This document shows positions 37,300 through 48,827 of a DNA stretch of 64,000 nt, piece by piece. The notes beneath the pieces are model-generated. The model was given only the letters and a program-made list of their open reading frames with translations, was not told where the DNA came from and made no database searches. The DNA comes from Gekko japonicus (lineage: Eukaryota). The DNA lies in NCBI RefSeq assembly GCF_001447785.1, contig NW_015168090.1, positions 688,720 to 752,719 of the forward strand. The letters are read 5' to 3'. Each line of letters opens with the position of its first letter. Position 1 is the first letter of the stretch. Made by a program: the position numbers and the translations under genes.

Positions 37300-38560
37300 A
37301 AATCCTCCTCCTCCTCCTCCCCCCGCCGTCCGGCCCCGGCCTCTCAAGGAGCGCGGTTCTAACTGGGGCTGGGCATGGCTGAGGCGGGTGGCTTCCGGGG
37401 AGGGGGGGGGTTGTTCTCCGCCTCGCTCAACCCACGGAAGAGGCGGGCCTGTGCTCAGCGCAGCGGGGGGGCCCCTCGGTCTACAGCCCGGGATTCACTA
37501 TCTTGCCTTCATGGTGAAGGAAAAAAGTTGGGGCTTTTCTTTCCCGCCCCAATTGAACAACAACAGAAAAGGCAAAAGACACGCCAATAAATTTCGGTCG
37601 GGGGGAAAGTTGACAAGTTTGCAAAAGTTATTTTTTTTAAAGGGGGGGGGAAGCCTTCGGATTACAAAAAAAAAAAAGGAAATACGGTGAAACCGCCTTT
37701 CTCCCCCCCTCTTGAGCGGTCGTCTGGCTCCGGTGGAGTTGTTTTCACACACACAGAGACAGACAGACAGACACGGCCGCACCCTCCCCTTCAAGCCTTT
37801 CCCCCCACACACACACACCCACACACACTCACACAAAACGCGGCTTCCCGCCCCGTCCTTTCCGCTCAGGCGGCGAGAGAGCGAGCGAGAGCCACCCGGG
37901 CCCCGGAGGAGGAGGAGGAGGAGGAGACGGGCGCGGCGTGGAGAGACCGGCTCGCTACCCGCAGCCGGCGGGCGCGGGCGGAGCAGTGGAGGCGGCGGTG
38001 GCGGCGGCGCTGCTAGCAGCACAGGCAGGAGCCATGTCAAGAGAAGGCCACCAAGAAGCCGCCGAGCTCCCCCATCCCCGCTGCGCTGTCCACGAGGACC
38101 GGGCCGCCCGCTCTGCCGCTGCTCAGCCCCAGCAGCCTGGTCCCCATAGCCTAAGCTCGGCGCCCCGGAGCCGCCGGGGGTGGGCAAATGGTGGTGGCGG
38201 CGGCGGCGGCGGCGGGAGGAGGAAGAAGAGAAGAGGCGGCGGCGGCCGGGCCGGGCGGTCCCTGCGCTACCAGGCTCCTCACGCGAAGGGCAGGAGGCAA
38301 GAGAGCGAGCGGAGCCCCCCTCCCGTCCCCTCAGGCGAAGGGTGGCAGAGCCGACGAGTCTCTCGGGCCGGGCGACGCGGAAGGAGACGAAGCAGCACCC
38401 GCAGCGGAAAACCCCCTCAAAATGGCAGCCGACGCCTCGCCTGCTCGCCAGAGTCACACGCACGCACACTCACTCACTCTGAGGCTCCGCCCGTGACCCG
38501 CTGCGCAAGCGCGCTGGGGTCGACCGTACCATCTCTGTCCTAGAAGGGGTGGGGAAGAAA
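37300..38560 (-). promoter_or_regulatory. CpG island / promoter and 5' leader of C6orf62
   Basis: Very GC- and CpG-rich with (GGC)n and (GAG)n runs. YY1-like caaaatggcagcc at 38418-38430 and GC-box gctccgccc at ~38483. Confidence 0.8.
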
Positions 38561-38608
38561 GACACGTCGAGTCCAGCGGCGCCTTTAAGATTAGCAAAGT
38601 TTCATTCA

Positions 38609-38649
38609 AGGTGTAAGCTTTCGTGTGCACGCACACTTCCTCAGATAGA
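38609..38649 (-). ncRNA. Minimal hammerhead ribozyme motif, inverted copy
   Basis: Reverse strand CUGAGGAA-GUGUGC-gu-GCACAC-GAAAGCUU; stem I imperfect. Confidence 0.55.
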
Positions 38650-39035
38650 ATGAAACGGAAGTCACCTGGTCATATAGCTAGAAAGAGGGTGAGCAGCAAA
38701 TGAGCATAAGCATAAAATAAAGGCTGTCTAGCAGATGCAAGGACCAAACTGAAAGAACAATCTTAGTTGATAATGGGCACCATTTGTTTGGGTTTAATTC
38801 TGGGGGGGAAACATAGAGAAGGATATAAATATATGATATCAAAAATTGAGATTTATATGCAAACGTACCCTTCTTAATTGGGGAATGCTGAGAGTAATTA
38901 ACTGAGACCCTGTTGTTACCCTCCATCACTCTCTCGAGTATGGTTTGCTCCTTGCCACTGCCTAACAACTTTTATTATGCTTATGCTCATTTGCTGCTCA
39001 CCCTCTGTCTATATGCACTAGTAACTTCTATTTCC

Positions 39036-39076
39036 GTGTATCTGAAGAAGTGTGCTTGCACACGAAAGCTTATACC
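39036..39076 (+). ncRNA. Minimal type I hammerhead ribozyme motif (Penelope-associated)
   Basis: GUAU-CUGAAGA(A)-GUGUGC-uu-GCACAC-GAAA-GCUU-AUAC: catalytic core, 6-bp stem II, palindromic AGCU stem III and 4-bp stem I. Confidence 0.7.
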
Positions 39077-39467
39077 TTGAGAATAAAGCTTTCCTGGTCT
39101 TAAAGGTGCCACTGGACTCGATTTTTGTTCTGCTGCTTCAGACCAACACGGCTACCCCACCTGAATCTAAAGGGCGTGGGGTGAGAGAGGAATAGACAAA
39201 GTAAAAGTGGGTAGATAATATTGAGGTAGCTTGATCTGGTTTGGAGCTCCTGCGTTAATTTATTACTGAACAAGCCACTGGGCAGGCTCCATCAAGACTC
39301 TTTTTTTCTTCTTTTTGTTCGGTGTTTTTTTGCTGCCGGAAAAGTGCGTCAGCAGGGACCGTCACCGCCGCCTTGCACCACGAAGTTATGCAAGTTAAGC
39401 TCCCCCCGTCGTCACTAACTGCTGGTTTCATATGTTTGTTTTTTAAAGCCATTGTAATGTATTTTGA

Positions 39468-39820
39468 AGGAGCTGCGGTGGCTCAAGTGGTTAAGACGCT
39501 GAACTGCAGGCTGTGTGGAAGGTCAGTAGTTCAGCAGTTGGAGACCCGGGTGCCGCATGATGGAGTGAGCTCCCATCTCTAGTTCCAGCTCCTGCCAACC
39601 TAGCAGTTCGAAAGCGAGAAATTGCAAGTAGATAAATAGGGGACCACTTCGGTGGGAAGGTAACAGCGTTCCGTGCGCCTTGGTGTTTAGTCAGGCCAGC
39701 CACATGACCACGGAAACGTCTCCGGACAGTGCTGGCTCTTCGGCTTGGAAACGGGGATGAGCACCGCAACCCTAGAGTCGGACTCGACTGGCTTTCGAGC
39801 AAGGAAACCTTTGCCTTTAC
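39468..39820 (+). mobile_element. Sauria/Squam1-type SINE, full length
   Basis: tRNA-like head aggagctgcggtggctcaagtggttaag, Bov-B-like tail gagtcggactcgactg and (ACCTTT)-like end. Flanks atgtatttt at 39457 and 39823. Confidence 0.92.
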
Positions 39821-40949
39821 TGATGTATTTTTGGTCACTGATTTGCATTGCTATTGCGTGAGTCACTCCGGAATTTACATCGTTTATATTGTGCCGAAAG
39901 GCGGGGCGAGTGCTTTCAATAAACACGGTGGGGACAAACTCTTGACAGAGAATTTGGTTTTTTAAATATCCCACTTCTATGTTAATAGAAATGGAAGGGA
40001 GGCAAAGATCGATCTTCGGCCTCTTTTTGAATGCGAGTTGGTTGTTAAAGGGCATTTGCGCTGACTGTATTATGGTCACGCGCTATTTGTCTTGAGATAA
40101 GCCGAAGCTATTGAATGTTCCCTCCTTCGCTCTTTTGTGTGCCGCCGGCTTCGAAATCTTTGTGGTGCAGCTTGCCTCGAAAGAATGACATGGGTCGCGT
40201 CTATTACCCTGCTCGCCAGTTTTCTTAAAGACAGGAAAGCACCGTCCCAACCAGTCCTACGGAGTCAGCAGAACAGAGGAGGCTGCGCTTTGTCCCCCCC
40301 CCCCCCCCCCCCCCCCGTGTTCTAAGCCTTGAGCTGCACAGAGCTCAGCCAAGACAGACCTCACAGACCCGTCCTCCGCGAAGATCTCTGCGCTGGAGAG
40401 TTTACCTGTTCGCGAAGCAACAACAGATCATGGGGGGTTTTCCACAATAAATTCCAGAGTTAGATGTGGTTTTGTTTGGTTTCCTGCAGACAACAATAAT
40501 AATAGAAATTGGGACACCTTCATGTATCTCTTGATGTGGGCTCCCGCTTTCGAAAGCGTATGCCGGAATAATGTCGTCTTTCAAAGTGACAGGAGACCCT
40601 CTTTCAGTGTTTTGGTAGCCGCAGACTAGCAGCCGCTACCTCTCGGGAATCTAATAAACCACGGGAATATTATACATGGTCATGTGTGACTTGACCTAAC
40701 CTATTTCCCCCATCTTCCTGACAAGTTCTGTGCTTTCCTGAGAACTGTCCAACGTGCTGCTGCTGTACCTGTTGAATTTCTATCCTGCAGCTGTTACAGC
40801 GAAAAAAAGTTTAGCAGCAGCAGGAACAAAAAAGCGGCAATGCTCTGTGCTTTGGACCGTCCGTCCCACCACTGCACGGGAAAATGTTCAAGCAGCTGAA
40901 GAAACAACCCCGGCCTTCTCCTCCCCCCACCCCCTTGCCGGTGTGGATC

Positions 40950-41260
40950 TCGGACCCTCCCATGATAACGCTCAAGTCTCCGCTTATCTCGCCCAGTTCC
41001 TCCCCATCCTTTTTCCTGGAAGAGAACAGACACAAAGGACTGCGCGCGCGCCTTTTTTCCTGAAACTACCGGAAGGACGCCGAGTTCTGCCCAGAGACAG
41101 GCTTGGATTCCTTAGCCCCGCCTTCTCCCCTTGACGAACGCCATCTCCGCCTCTGACGTCACCCCCCATTGCCTGACCTCCCTTAAGATCCCGGGAACAG
41201 GGTGAGCGCGCGCTGAGCATGTCGCGTGCGGCCTTGTTATGTAATTTCTACTGAAACCTG
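40950..41260. promoter_or_regulatory. Small CpG-rich promoter-like element
   Basis: gcgcgcgcg runs, perfect CRE TGACGTCA at 41154-41161 and GC-box ccccgcc at ~41116. Confidence 0.45.
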
Positions 41261-41402
41261 CAAGGAGGGCTGTCGTTCTCTCACTACCCGACTTTCGTAA
41301 GAACCAATAATAAAATGTGCAGTTGCCAGCTGAAAATGGTGCGCATGCATTTAAATCATCTCAGCAAAAGGCATTTAATGTAATTTATACACTCTCCTCG
41401 CC

Positions 41403-41616
41403 TAGGGTCGCCAGGTTTGGGTTGGAAAATACCTGGAGACTTCGGGGGTGGAGCCAGGAGAGGGCGGGGTTTGGGGAGGGGCCTCAGCATGGTACAAGGC
41501 CATGAAGTCCACCCTTCAAAGCAGCGGTTTTCTCCAGGGGAGCTGATCTCTGTCAGCTGGAGATCAGTTGTAATAGCAGGAGATCACCAGGCCCCACCTG
41601 GAGGCTGGCAACCCTA
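41403..41616 (+). mobile_element. Non-autonomous DNA transposon with TAGGGTTGCCA-type TIRs
   Basis: tagggtcgccag ... ctggcaacccta; homologous to 48406-48589 in inverse orientation. Confidence 0.75.
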
Positions 41617-42231
41617 TAATCTGCCCGCAGTGTTAAAGGTGATTTCCAAATTTAAAAATGACACAAAACAAACTAATAAAAAGCATAATATAAACAACAA
41701 ATCTGTTAAAATTATGTTGTGAACAATACTTGATTTTGCTAATATTTCAGGCCTACAGCATATAAACATCCACTATAAGCACAACAGATTCCGCCCTCAG
41801 AATCAGTATAGGTTAAAGCGAATAAAACCGGTTGTACCTTAATGTTACATTGCCATCTAGTGGGAGAGATTACCAGCCAGTGGTTTGACTTCTTCATGTA
41901 AAAAACAAATTCAACTTTCCGAAGAGGCAGACAAATAACTTTCTCATTGTATCTGTTGATTTCAGAGTGGGGGGAGACAAAATAAGCATGGAATGCAGGA
42001 TGATGTATTAACTGTATAACTTGTTCCTTCCCAAAACTTCAGTGTAGCTAATATATGTTCTTTCACTGTAGCTCTGATAAGGGTTTCCCATGAATTTTCA
42101 GTTTTCAAATCCTGTGAACTAACATCACAAGTCTGTGCATGGTGCATGCTTCCAGCATTAGCCACCCTGCCAGTTGATTTGTGCAACCTTTGCTTGCCCA
42201 CAAGCACACACACACACATACTACTTTCCCC

Positions 42232-43075
42232 CAGTCCCGTAGCTAGAGGGGTTTTTTTGGGGAGGGGGCCTTGGGGGACCCAGTAGCCAGTTAAAACAAA
42301 GTTAATTAAATTAACTATGATTTAATTGGTGGAACTCCTTAGAACTCCTAAGGCAGCCCTATATCCCCCAGGCTCCAGGGCAAGGGAGGGTAATGCCCAG
42401 CGGCTGTAGTTTCGCTCCACCCCTGCTTGGCAAGGGCAGGCCTTCCCTGCAGAGTGTCTGGCTCCCCCTAAGGAGCCCCAGTTCCTCTTCCCATGGCACG
42501 GCACAAGGGGCAGCCTGGTGTCCATGGCTTGGGGGATCCATGGCTCAGGGAGGGGCCCATAAAAACCACTAGGGGGCCAGGCCCCGTGGGCCCCATGGTA
42601 GCTACGGGCCTGCCTCCCACTGTGATCGGGGAGAAGTCAGGTAGGTTTGTAAGGAAGACGGTGGTCTTTCATACTAGGAGCCAGCAAGTTTTGAGAAGAC
42701 GGACAAAACTTTTCAAGAACGGAGGGGCCTTGCATATCTCTACACTGCTACAAAGTTTTGCCCAGAAGAACGTTTTACGCTTCCTACTGAGAAGAAATAT
42801 CTGATGACCTAAAAAAATGAGCAGGAAAGAAGTTCAAGCTTGGAAGCTTCTCGGGGGGACTCCCACCTGTCCCTAATTCCTACGATTCCACTAACAGGTA
42901 TATTTCTTCTCAAATTCTGGAAGAATAGCTATGCCAGTCTGTTGTCGCAAAAAGAGCAACAGAGAATCCGACAGGGAGTGAGGTGGCCGGGGGGGGGGAG
43001 CCATGCCTCGGGGAGCGGCCCATAAAAACCACTAGGGGGCCAGGCCCCAAGGGCCCCATGGTAGCTATGGGCCTG
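42232..43075 (+). mobile_element. hAT non-autonomous element with duplicated right end (composite)
   Basis: Left TIR cagtcccgtagcta; right TIRs end at 42612 and 43075. A perfect 8-bp TSD ctttcccc (42224-42231 / 43076-43083) flanks the outer ends. Confidence 0.8.
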
Positions 43076-43159
43076 CTTTCCCCCCTTAGGCTTAAACATA
43101 GGAAAATGACATGTAACCTCAGTTTGTGGGTTCTGTAAGGCAGAACTTGGAATGAATCT

Positions 43160-43574
43160 TGCAATAATTCAAAGAGAAAAAAATACTTTTCTAAAGGCCT
43201 TTAGAGGCATTTACATTACCCAATGTATATATGGGAGAAGAATCGTTAAGATACCAGGATATTCTGGATAAAAAAGACAATCTGAAATTACCATAACAAT
43301 TATCCTGGTGGAAGAAAGCGCAACTGGAATCGATATATTTGAAGGATAAGAAAATAGGTTTTAATAATAAAATAACTGAACTGGAAGAAACTGTTTTAAC
43401 AGCAGAAAACAAACTTTACACACAGAATCTTCTCAGATCAGACACCCCTCCTCCCACACTCTCAGTCAGCAGCCAATCAAATCACACTTGTCACCCTCTA
43501 TCACTCTTCTCATATTACTGCAGTCAAACTAATCATTTAAAGGAACACACACACCAAAACATGGAATTATTACA
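43160..43574 (-). mobile_element. Solo LTR (Gypsy-like)
   Basis: Inverted termini TGCAATAATTC / GAATTATTACA; flanks atct/atgt. Confidence 0.6.
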
Positions 43575-43926
43575 ATGTCCTTCATCAATTCAGGGGCAGA
43601 TCTACTATGAAACTAATGAAGCTTAAGCTTCAGGGCCCCTCTGAAGCAACTTTTTTTTTTTAATGAGCGATTTTTTCAACAAAAATGATGGAATTTTTTA
43701 AAGTGTTTGTTAGTAAAACGAGGCTATTTTAGTGACACCACGGAGGGGGCAGGGGTCCCCTGCTGCCAGGCCCCACCTCTCCACTGTCAATCAGATGGCT
43801 GGCAGGGGAGAATTACTCCCCCCAAGGGAGGAACACCTGACATTTCAGCGAGTGCCTACATGATTTCAATGTGACATAGACATGTCAAGGTTGTTGGCCT
43901 GACGCTCTGGTTTTTGGGCAAAAACT

Positions 43927-45590
43927 CTATGGTAGAAGCTTCCAAAATTCACTCAGATTTCTATTATTTCTGGCAGCTCTGATTAGCTTTTGCCAATTAG
44001 TGAGGCAAGTTTCTTCTTTGCTCTTGCATATAGCTTGTAGAAAAGCTTGTAGTGTAGTTGAAGAGATAGCACGCCTGTATTCTGTAAGTGCCTGATAGCA
44101 AACTTTTTTCAGACACACTAAACTAGCTATTTTTTTTGTAGGTTTCAGGGACTTAATACACTAGTTTAGAGTATGCAGGCAACAAGTGAGAGTAAATTTG
44201 CTTGTGCTTACAGAAGCTATCATGCACACAAGATCCTAGAGTAATTTCTCTCTTAAGAACACAACATTTATCTGAGAGCATCAAGGTTCTACACGAAGTA
44301 TAGTTTTCAGAACTCAATTTTACTGCTCTCAATTTGTTATAGTCTTGACAAATGGGCATCAGGTGAGTGTTTTGGGCACCAAAATCATTAGGCAAACTTT
44401 TTAATAGAAGTAAGGGCAACTGGTTGGTTCAGCATAGGAAAAGGAGTACGACAAGGATGTATATTGTCACCTTGCTTATTTAATATATATGCAGAGTACA
44501 TCATGCGAAATGCTGGCCTGGATGAATCACAAGCGGGAATTAAGATTGCTGGGGAAAAGATCAACAACCTCAGGTATGCAGATGATACCACTCTAATGGC
44601 TGAAAGTGAAGAGGATCTAAAGAGCCTCTTGCTCAGAGTAAAAGAGGAGAGCGCAAAAGTGGGCTTGAAGCTCAACATCAAAAAAACTAAGATCATGGCA
44701 TCCGGCCCCATCACTCCTTGGCAAATAGAAGGGGAAGCCGTGGAAGTAGTGACAGACTTCACGTTCCTGGGATCCCAGATCACCGCAGACTGTGACTGCA
44801 GCCATGAAATTAAAAGACGCCTGCTCCTTGGGAGGAAAGCGATGGCGAACCTAAACAGCATGATAAAAAGTAGAGACATCACCCTCCCAACAAAAGTCCG
44901 CATGGTCAAAGCAATGGTATTCCCAGTAGTCATGTATGGCTGCGAGAGCTGGACTATAAGGAAGGCCGAGCGCCGAAGAATAGATTCTTTTGAACTATGG
45001 TGCTGGAGGAGACTCTTGAGAGTCCCTTGGACTGCAAGAAGAACAAATCAGTCAATCCTCAAAGAAATCAACCCTGACTGTTCCCTGGAAGGCCAGATAA
45101 TGAAACTGAAGCTCAAATACTTTGGCCACCCAATGAGAAGGGAGCACTCACTGGAGAAGACCCTGATGCTTGGAAAGATTGAAGGTCAAAGAAGACGGGG
45201 ACGGCAAAGGATGAGATGGTTAGACAGTGTCATCAATGCAACGAACATGAAGTTGAGCCAACTTCAGAGGACGGCGGAAGATCGGAAGGCCTGGTGAGAG
45301 CTCGTCCATGGGGTCGCGAAGAGTCGGACTCGACTGTGCGACTGAACAACAACAAAAGGGCATATGATTGCTAGTAATAGTTTTCCCCACTTCAAGATAG
45401 TTAGACAGATCAATCAAATCAGCAGAGATAAGAAAATAGTCTATAACACTTGCCCCAAAATTGCTGAAACAGGTAAACTTCCCATGATCTACTCTCTCTT
45501 TAAGGCCATTTAAAATAAACAATGGACCATTTAAAATAATCCTGGAAACCAGCATTGACAATTTCAGATTCGTTTTATTGAAATTTCATT
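43927..45590 (-). mobile_element. Old RTE-X-like LINE fragment (endonuclease/linker), interrupted by Bov-B
   Basis: ILNG...GKFTCFSNFGASVIDYFLIS...TSNHMP continues as LLLLKSLP across the Bov-B insert. Downstream linker WQKLIRAARN...FWKL. Confidence 0.7.
44419..45355 (+). mobile_element. Bov-B (RTE) LINE, 5'-truncated
   Basis: RT motifs GVRQGCILSP and LRYADDTTL, plus ELWCWRRLLRVPW and KLKLKYFGH. (CAA)n tail; TSD aagggca at 44412-44418 and 45356-45362. Confidence 0.95.
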
Positions 45591-48057
45591 TGTCAGGTTC
45601 ACATACACATAGCCCTGGCTAGATCCACTGGCTAGTTTGTTTTCTGTTTGCTGTTATTTTTGTTTTCCTTAGTGAAAGAGGAATCCTAGGGGCTACGTTC
45701 TGGAGACAGGAACTGCCTAATGGTCAGTATTCCTCCCCCTTTCCTCCCCTACCCTGCAATTTTTTGCCCTGCAGCCAACATACACAGATAACCAAAATCC
45801 TAGTTCAGCTCCCTCCACTCCATTCTTCTGCAGTCATTAACAGTGCAGTCCTTGCAGTTACCTCAGTCTGAAGCCACTGAAATCACTGGGCTCAGACTGG
45901 AGTAACTGCATAGGATTGCACAGGAGGCTGCAGCACTTACAGAGAAACCCACACAGGCGCGGGATGCTGGATCTCTGTGGTTTTTTTACAACCCCTGCAG
46001 AGAGCTGAGTGTCACTGGAGTTTCAGAGCCCACCACCTCTGATATGCCAATATGAGAATCAAATTGTCAGGTCAAAGTGATTGCAAACTAAATCTGGGTG
46101 GGATTTCAGTATATGCTTACCAATGCCAACCAACACACTTAGGATAACAAACCTGAATCAACAACTTTCTCTGCAACCCCCGCTTTTTTATGTAAGAAAC
46201 AGTTTGCTGATTCATGTTGTTTGTGATCTACAGTAACCTTTAGGCCCGTCTCAGAACTGCACTAATCCCTGTATTTGCATTTTCAGCATTTTACCCCTTA
46301 TGCTGTTTCATTCAAACAGCCTTGCTAAATGTCTTTTCCCCCTCAGTTTTTCTATGTCAATTTTAATTCTTAGTCCAGGGTCTGAAATGTTTGCAATCTC
46401 CTTTTCTTTTAGATCTACCCCAGTCACTAATAAAAGAGGCAATACTGTCCAGCTAATCATGAACTAGGACTTATTGTCAAAGACCACATTTTACTTCAAA
46501 GGTATGAAGCCAAGACAATTTTGGCCAGTTCCCCATCTCTCTGAGCAATGGTTCCCCTGCCTTCTCTAAGTTAGAAATAATAGTAACCACCTACTTCATG
46601 TGGTTGTTGTAAGGAAGACTTGACACAATAATCGCAGAACATTTTGTACCACAGATATATGCTGTAGGATCAGGAAAGTACTCTGTACACTTCAGCCTCA
46701 TTCTATTATTCACCCACAGTGGCGTCCAAAGCAGAGTTACACCCACTGACTTCACTGGAGTTAGAAGGGTATAATTCTGTTTAGGATTGCCTTGTAGATC
46801 TTGGACTGTCTTGGTCCAAAAATAAACCCAACAGATATTCCTTTGGATTTGACTTTTGTAGTCAATCAATATTTGGGGTTTATTTTTCTCTGTATCAATC
46901 CTCTGTCCACCTCCAAATGGGATTTAATCTTCCAGTGGAGTTTCTGTCAGATAATTCTAAAATTTTTATATGTTATTGTACTAAAATGAAGTCCAGCTTC
47001 CCTCACAGTGTTTTGGCACACATGTTGGATATAAAGTGAGCTGAATCTGCTGAATGTTTTACAGTGCCATTTTGAGCACAGTTAAATCCTTCTAAGTCCA
47101 CTGAAGTCAATGGGCCTAGGAGGGTGTAACTCTGCTTCGGATGACACTGGGAATGCCCCTGGCTTGTTTTAATTACTTGTTTCATTATTCATAATTTGTA
47201 ATTTTTATGACTTTGTTCCGTTATTTTTACTTTGTGAACTGTCTCAAGCAGTCCTCTGGAGTGGCAGCATATAAGATGTTTTAAATAAACACATTTTAAA
47301 AAATTCATTGACTATACATTCTAGCCAATGTAGATTTTCCTTTTGCATTTTAAGAAATTTAAAAAGCCTGTCACAACCATAATGATCAATGGTGTAATAA
47401 TGATCAATGGCGTAGTATTACTTAATAGTGTAATAATTATCAATAGTGTAATATTACTTAAATAGCACTTTAAACATTGTCCAAGTGCTTTATAAACTTT
47501 ATTTTGCTGAAGTTTAACAATAAAGCCATAAGTCAGATCATTATCTCTTATTCTTATCACAAAGCTGCAGCCCCAAGCATATGTACCCGGAAATATACTC
47601 CATTGAAATTAACATGGAACTACGTCCAAGTAAATAGATTTAGAACTGGAATTAAGAGATGAGGCATGTTAACAGTCATATTTGTGTTAGCTGTGTCTCA
47701 TGGCAAGTAGGTCATTTGCCACAACCTAAAGCTGATGGATTTGTACATCATTGCAAACCTCCTTGGTCACAAACAAGATGGTTAAGTGCATCAGTCAACA
47801 GAGATGGTGGCTTACCCAAAGCCAGTAAAGTCCATGGCAGCTGTGGCATTTGAATCCTGATCCAAGCAACACTATTCAGTGGACAGCATCTCTAATGAAA
47901 AAAAGGAAATTGTTTGAATAGAACTTCCTCCTAGAAACGTTATAATGTGGCTTTTACACCCATCCCTAGATACTGGCTATTCCACCATGTATAATAGCAA
48001 ATACTATGCTCTCTATGCTATCTATGACCAAAAACAAATTATTCAGTTGAACATATT

Positions 48058-48298
48058 TAGAGTCTGGTGGCATCTTTAAGACCAACAAAGTTTTATTCAA
48101 TCAATCAATCAATAGACCTTTAATGGCATATACAACATTAACATTCAAGGTATGAGCTTTTGTGTGCCTGCACACTTTTTCAAATACATTGGAATGATAG
48201 ATGGCACTGGGAATGAAAGTTTGTTGGTCTTAAAGGTGCCACTCAACTCTAAATTTGTTCTACTGCTTCAGACCAACACGGCTGACCACCTGAATCTA
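48058..48298. mobile_element. Penelope-like inverted terminal fragment with degenerate hammerhead; contains a small (TCAA)n LINE-tail insert
   Basis: tggcatctttaagaccaacaaa / tttgttggtcttaaaggtgcca inverted pair. The insert is flanked by attcaa at 48095 and 48143. Confidence 0.7.
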
Positions 48299-48395
48299 AA
48301 TCATTCAGGACAGAGTGTTTTCTGTATGTTGACTTCCAAAACCTCTTTAAATGGTGCACTTTTTTGCAGCAAACAATAAAGCAAATTGGCTGAAT

Positions 48396-48827
48396 GAGGG
48401 TTACCTAAGGTTGTCAACCTTCAGGTGGTGGCTGGAGATCTCCCTCTATTACACCTGATCTCCATGTGACAGAGATCAGTTCACCTGGAGCAACTGGCCA
48501 CTGTGGAAAGTGGACTCTATGGCGTTATACCCCACTGAAGTCCTCCACCCCCCAAATCTCCAGATATTTCCCCAGAGCTGGCAACCCTAAGGTTACCATA
48601 TTTTGAAAAGCATAAAAGAGGACATATTTCCCGAGTAAGCACGTCAAACAAGTGATCACTATGACAAATCTCATTTTAAATACCCTGACTATTTAAGCTG
48701 TGATCATTGTTACCAACTAGGAATATTCATAACCTTCCAACCCCAAAAGAGAACATTTTCATCAATTTTTTAAAAAGAGCCCAAAAGAGGACGGACACAC
48801 ACAAAAAAAGGACATCTGGTAACCTTA
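48396..48827 (+). mobile_element. hAT-Blackjack-like MITE with a nested TAGGGTTGCCA-type MITE (48406-48589) in its left TIR
   Basis: Host ends agggttacc(a)...tggtaacctta; nested element TSD gggttacc/aggttacc. Confidence 0.7.

Larger units (their letters stand above)
38568..39169. mobile_element. Penelope-like element terminus with ~150-bp inverted pseudo-LTR arms
   Basis: 38568-38720 is the reverse complement of 38970-39119. Characteristic ggtcttaaaggtgccactggactc...cagaccaacacggctac end. Confidence 0.8.

Noticed and set aside
37375-38543. Long overlapping Arg/Gly/Pro-rich ORFs (up to 323 aa)
   Set aside because: Stop-poor CpG-island sequence with triplet runs, open in most frames and mostly with non-ATG starts.
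39468-39550. tRNA-like box A/B sequence (also at 12850 and 63116)
   Set aside because: These are SINE heads; no complete cloverleaf.
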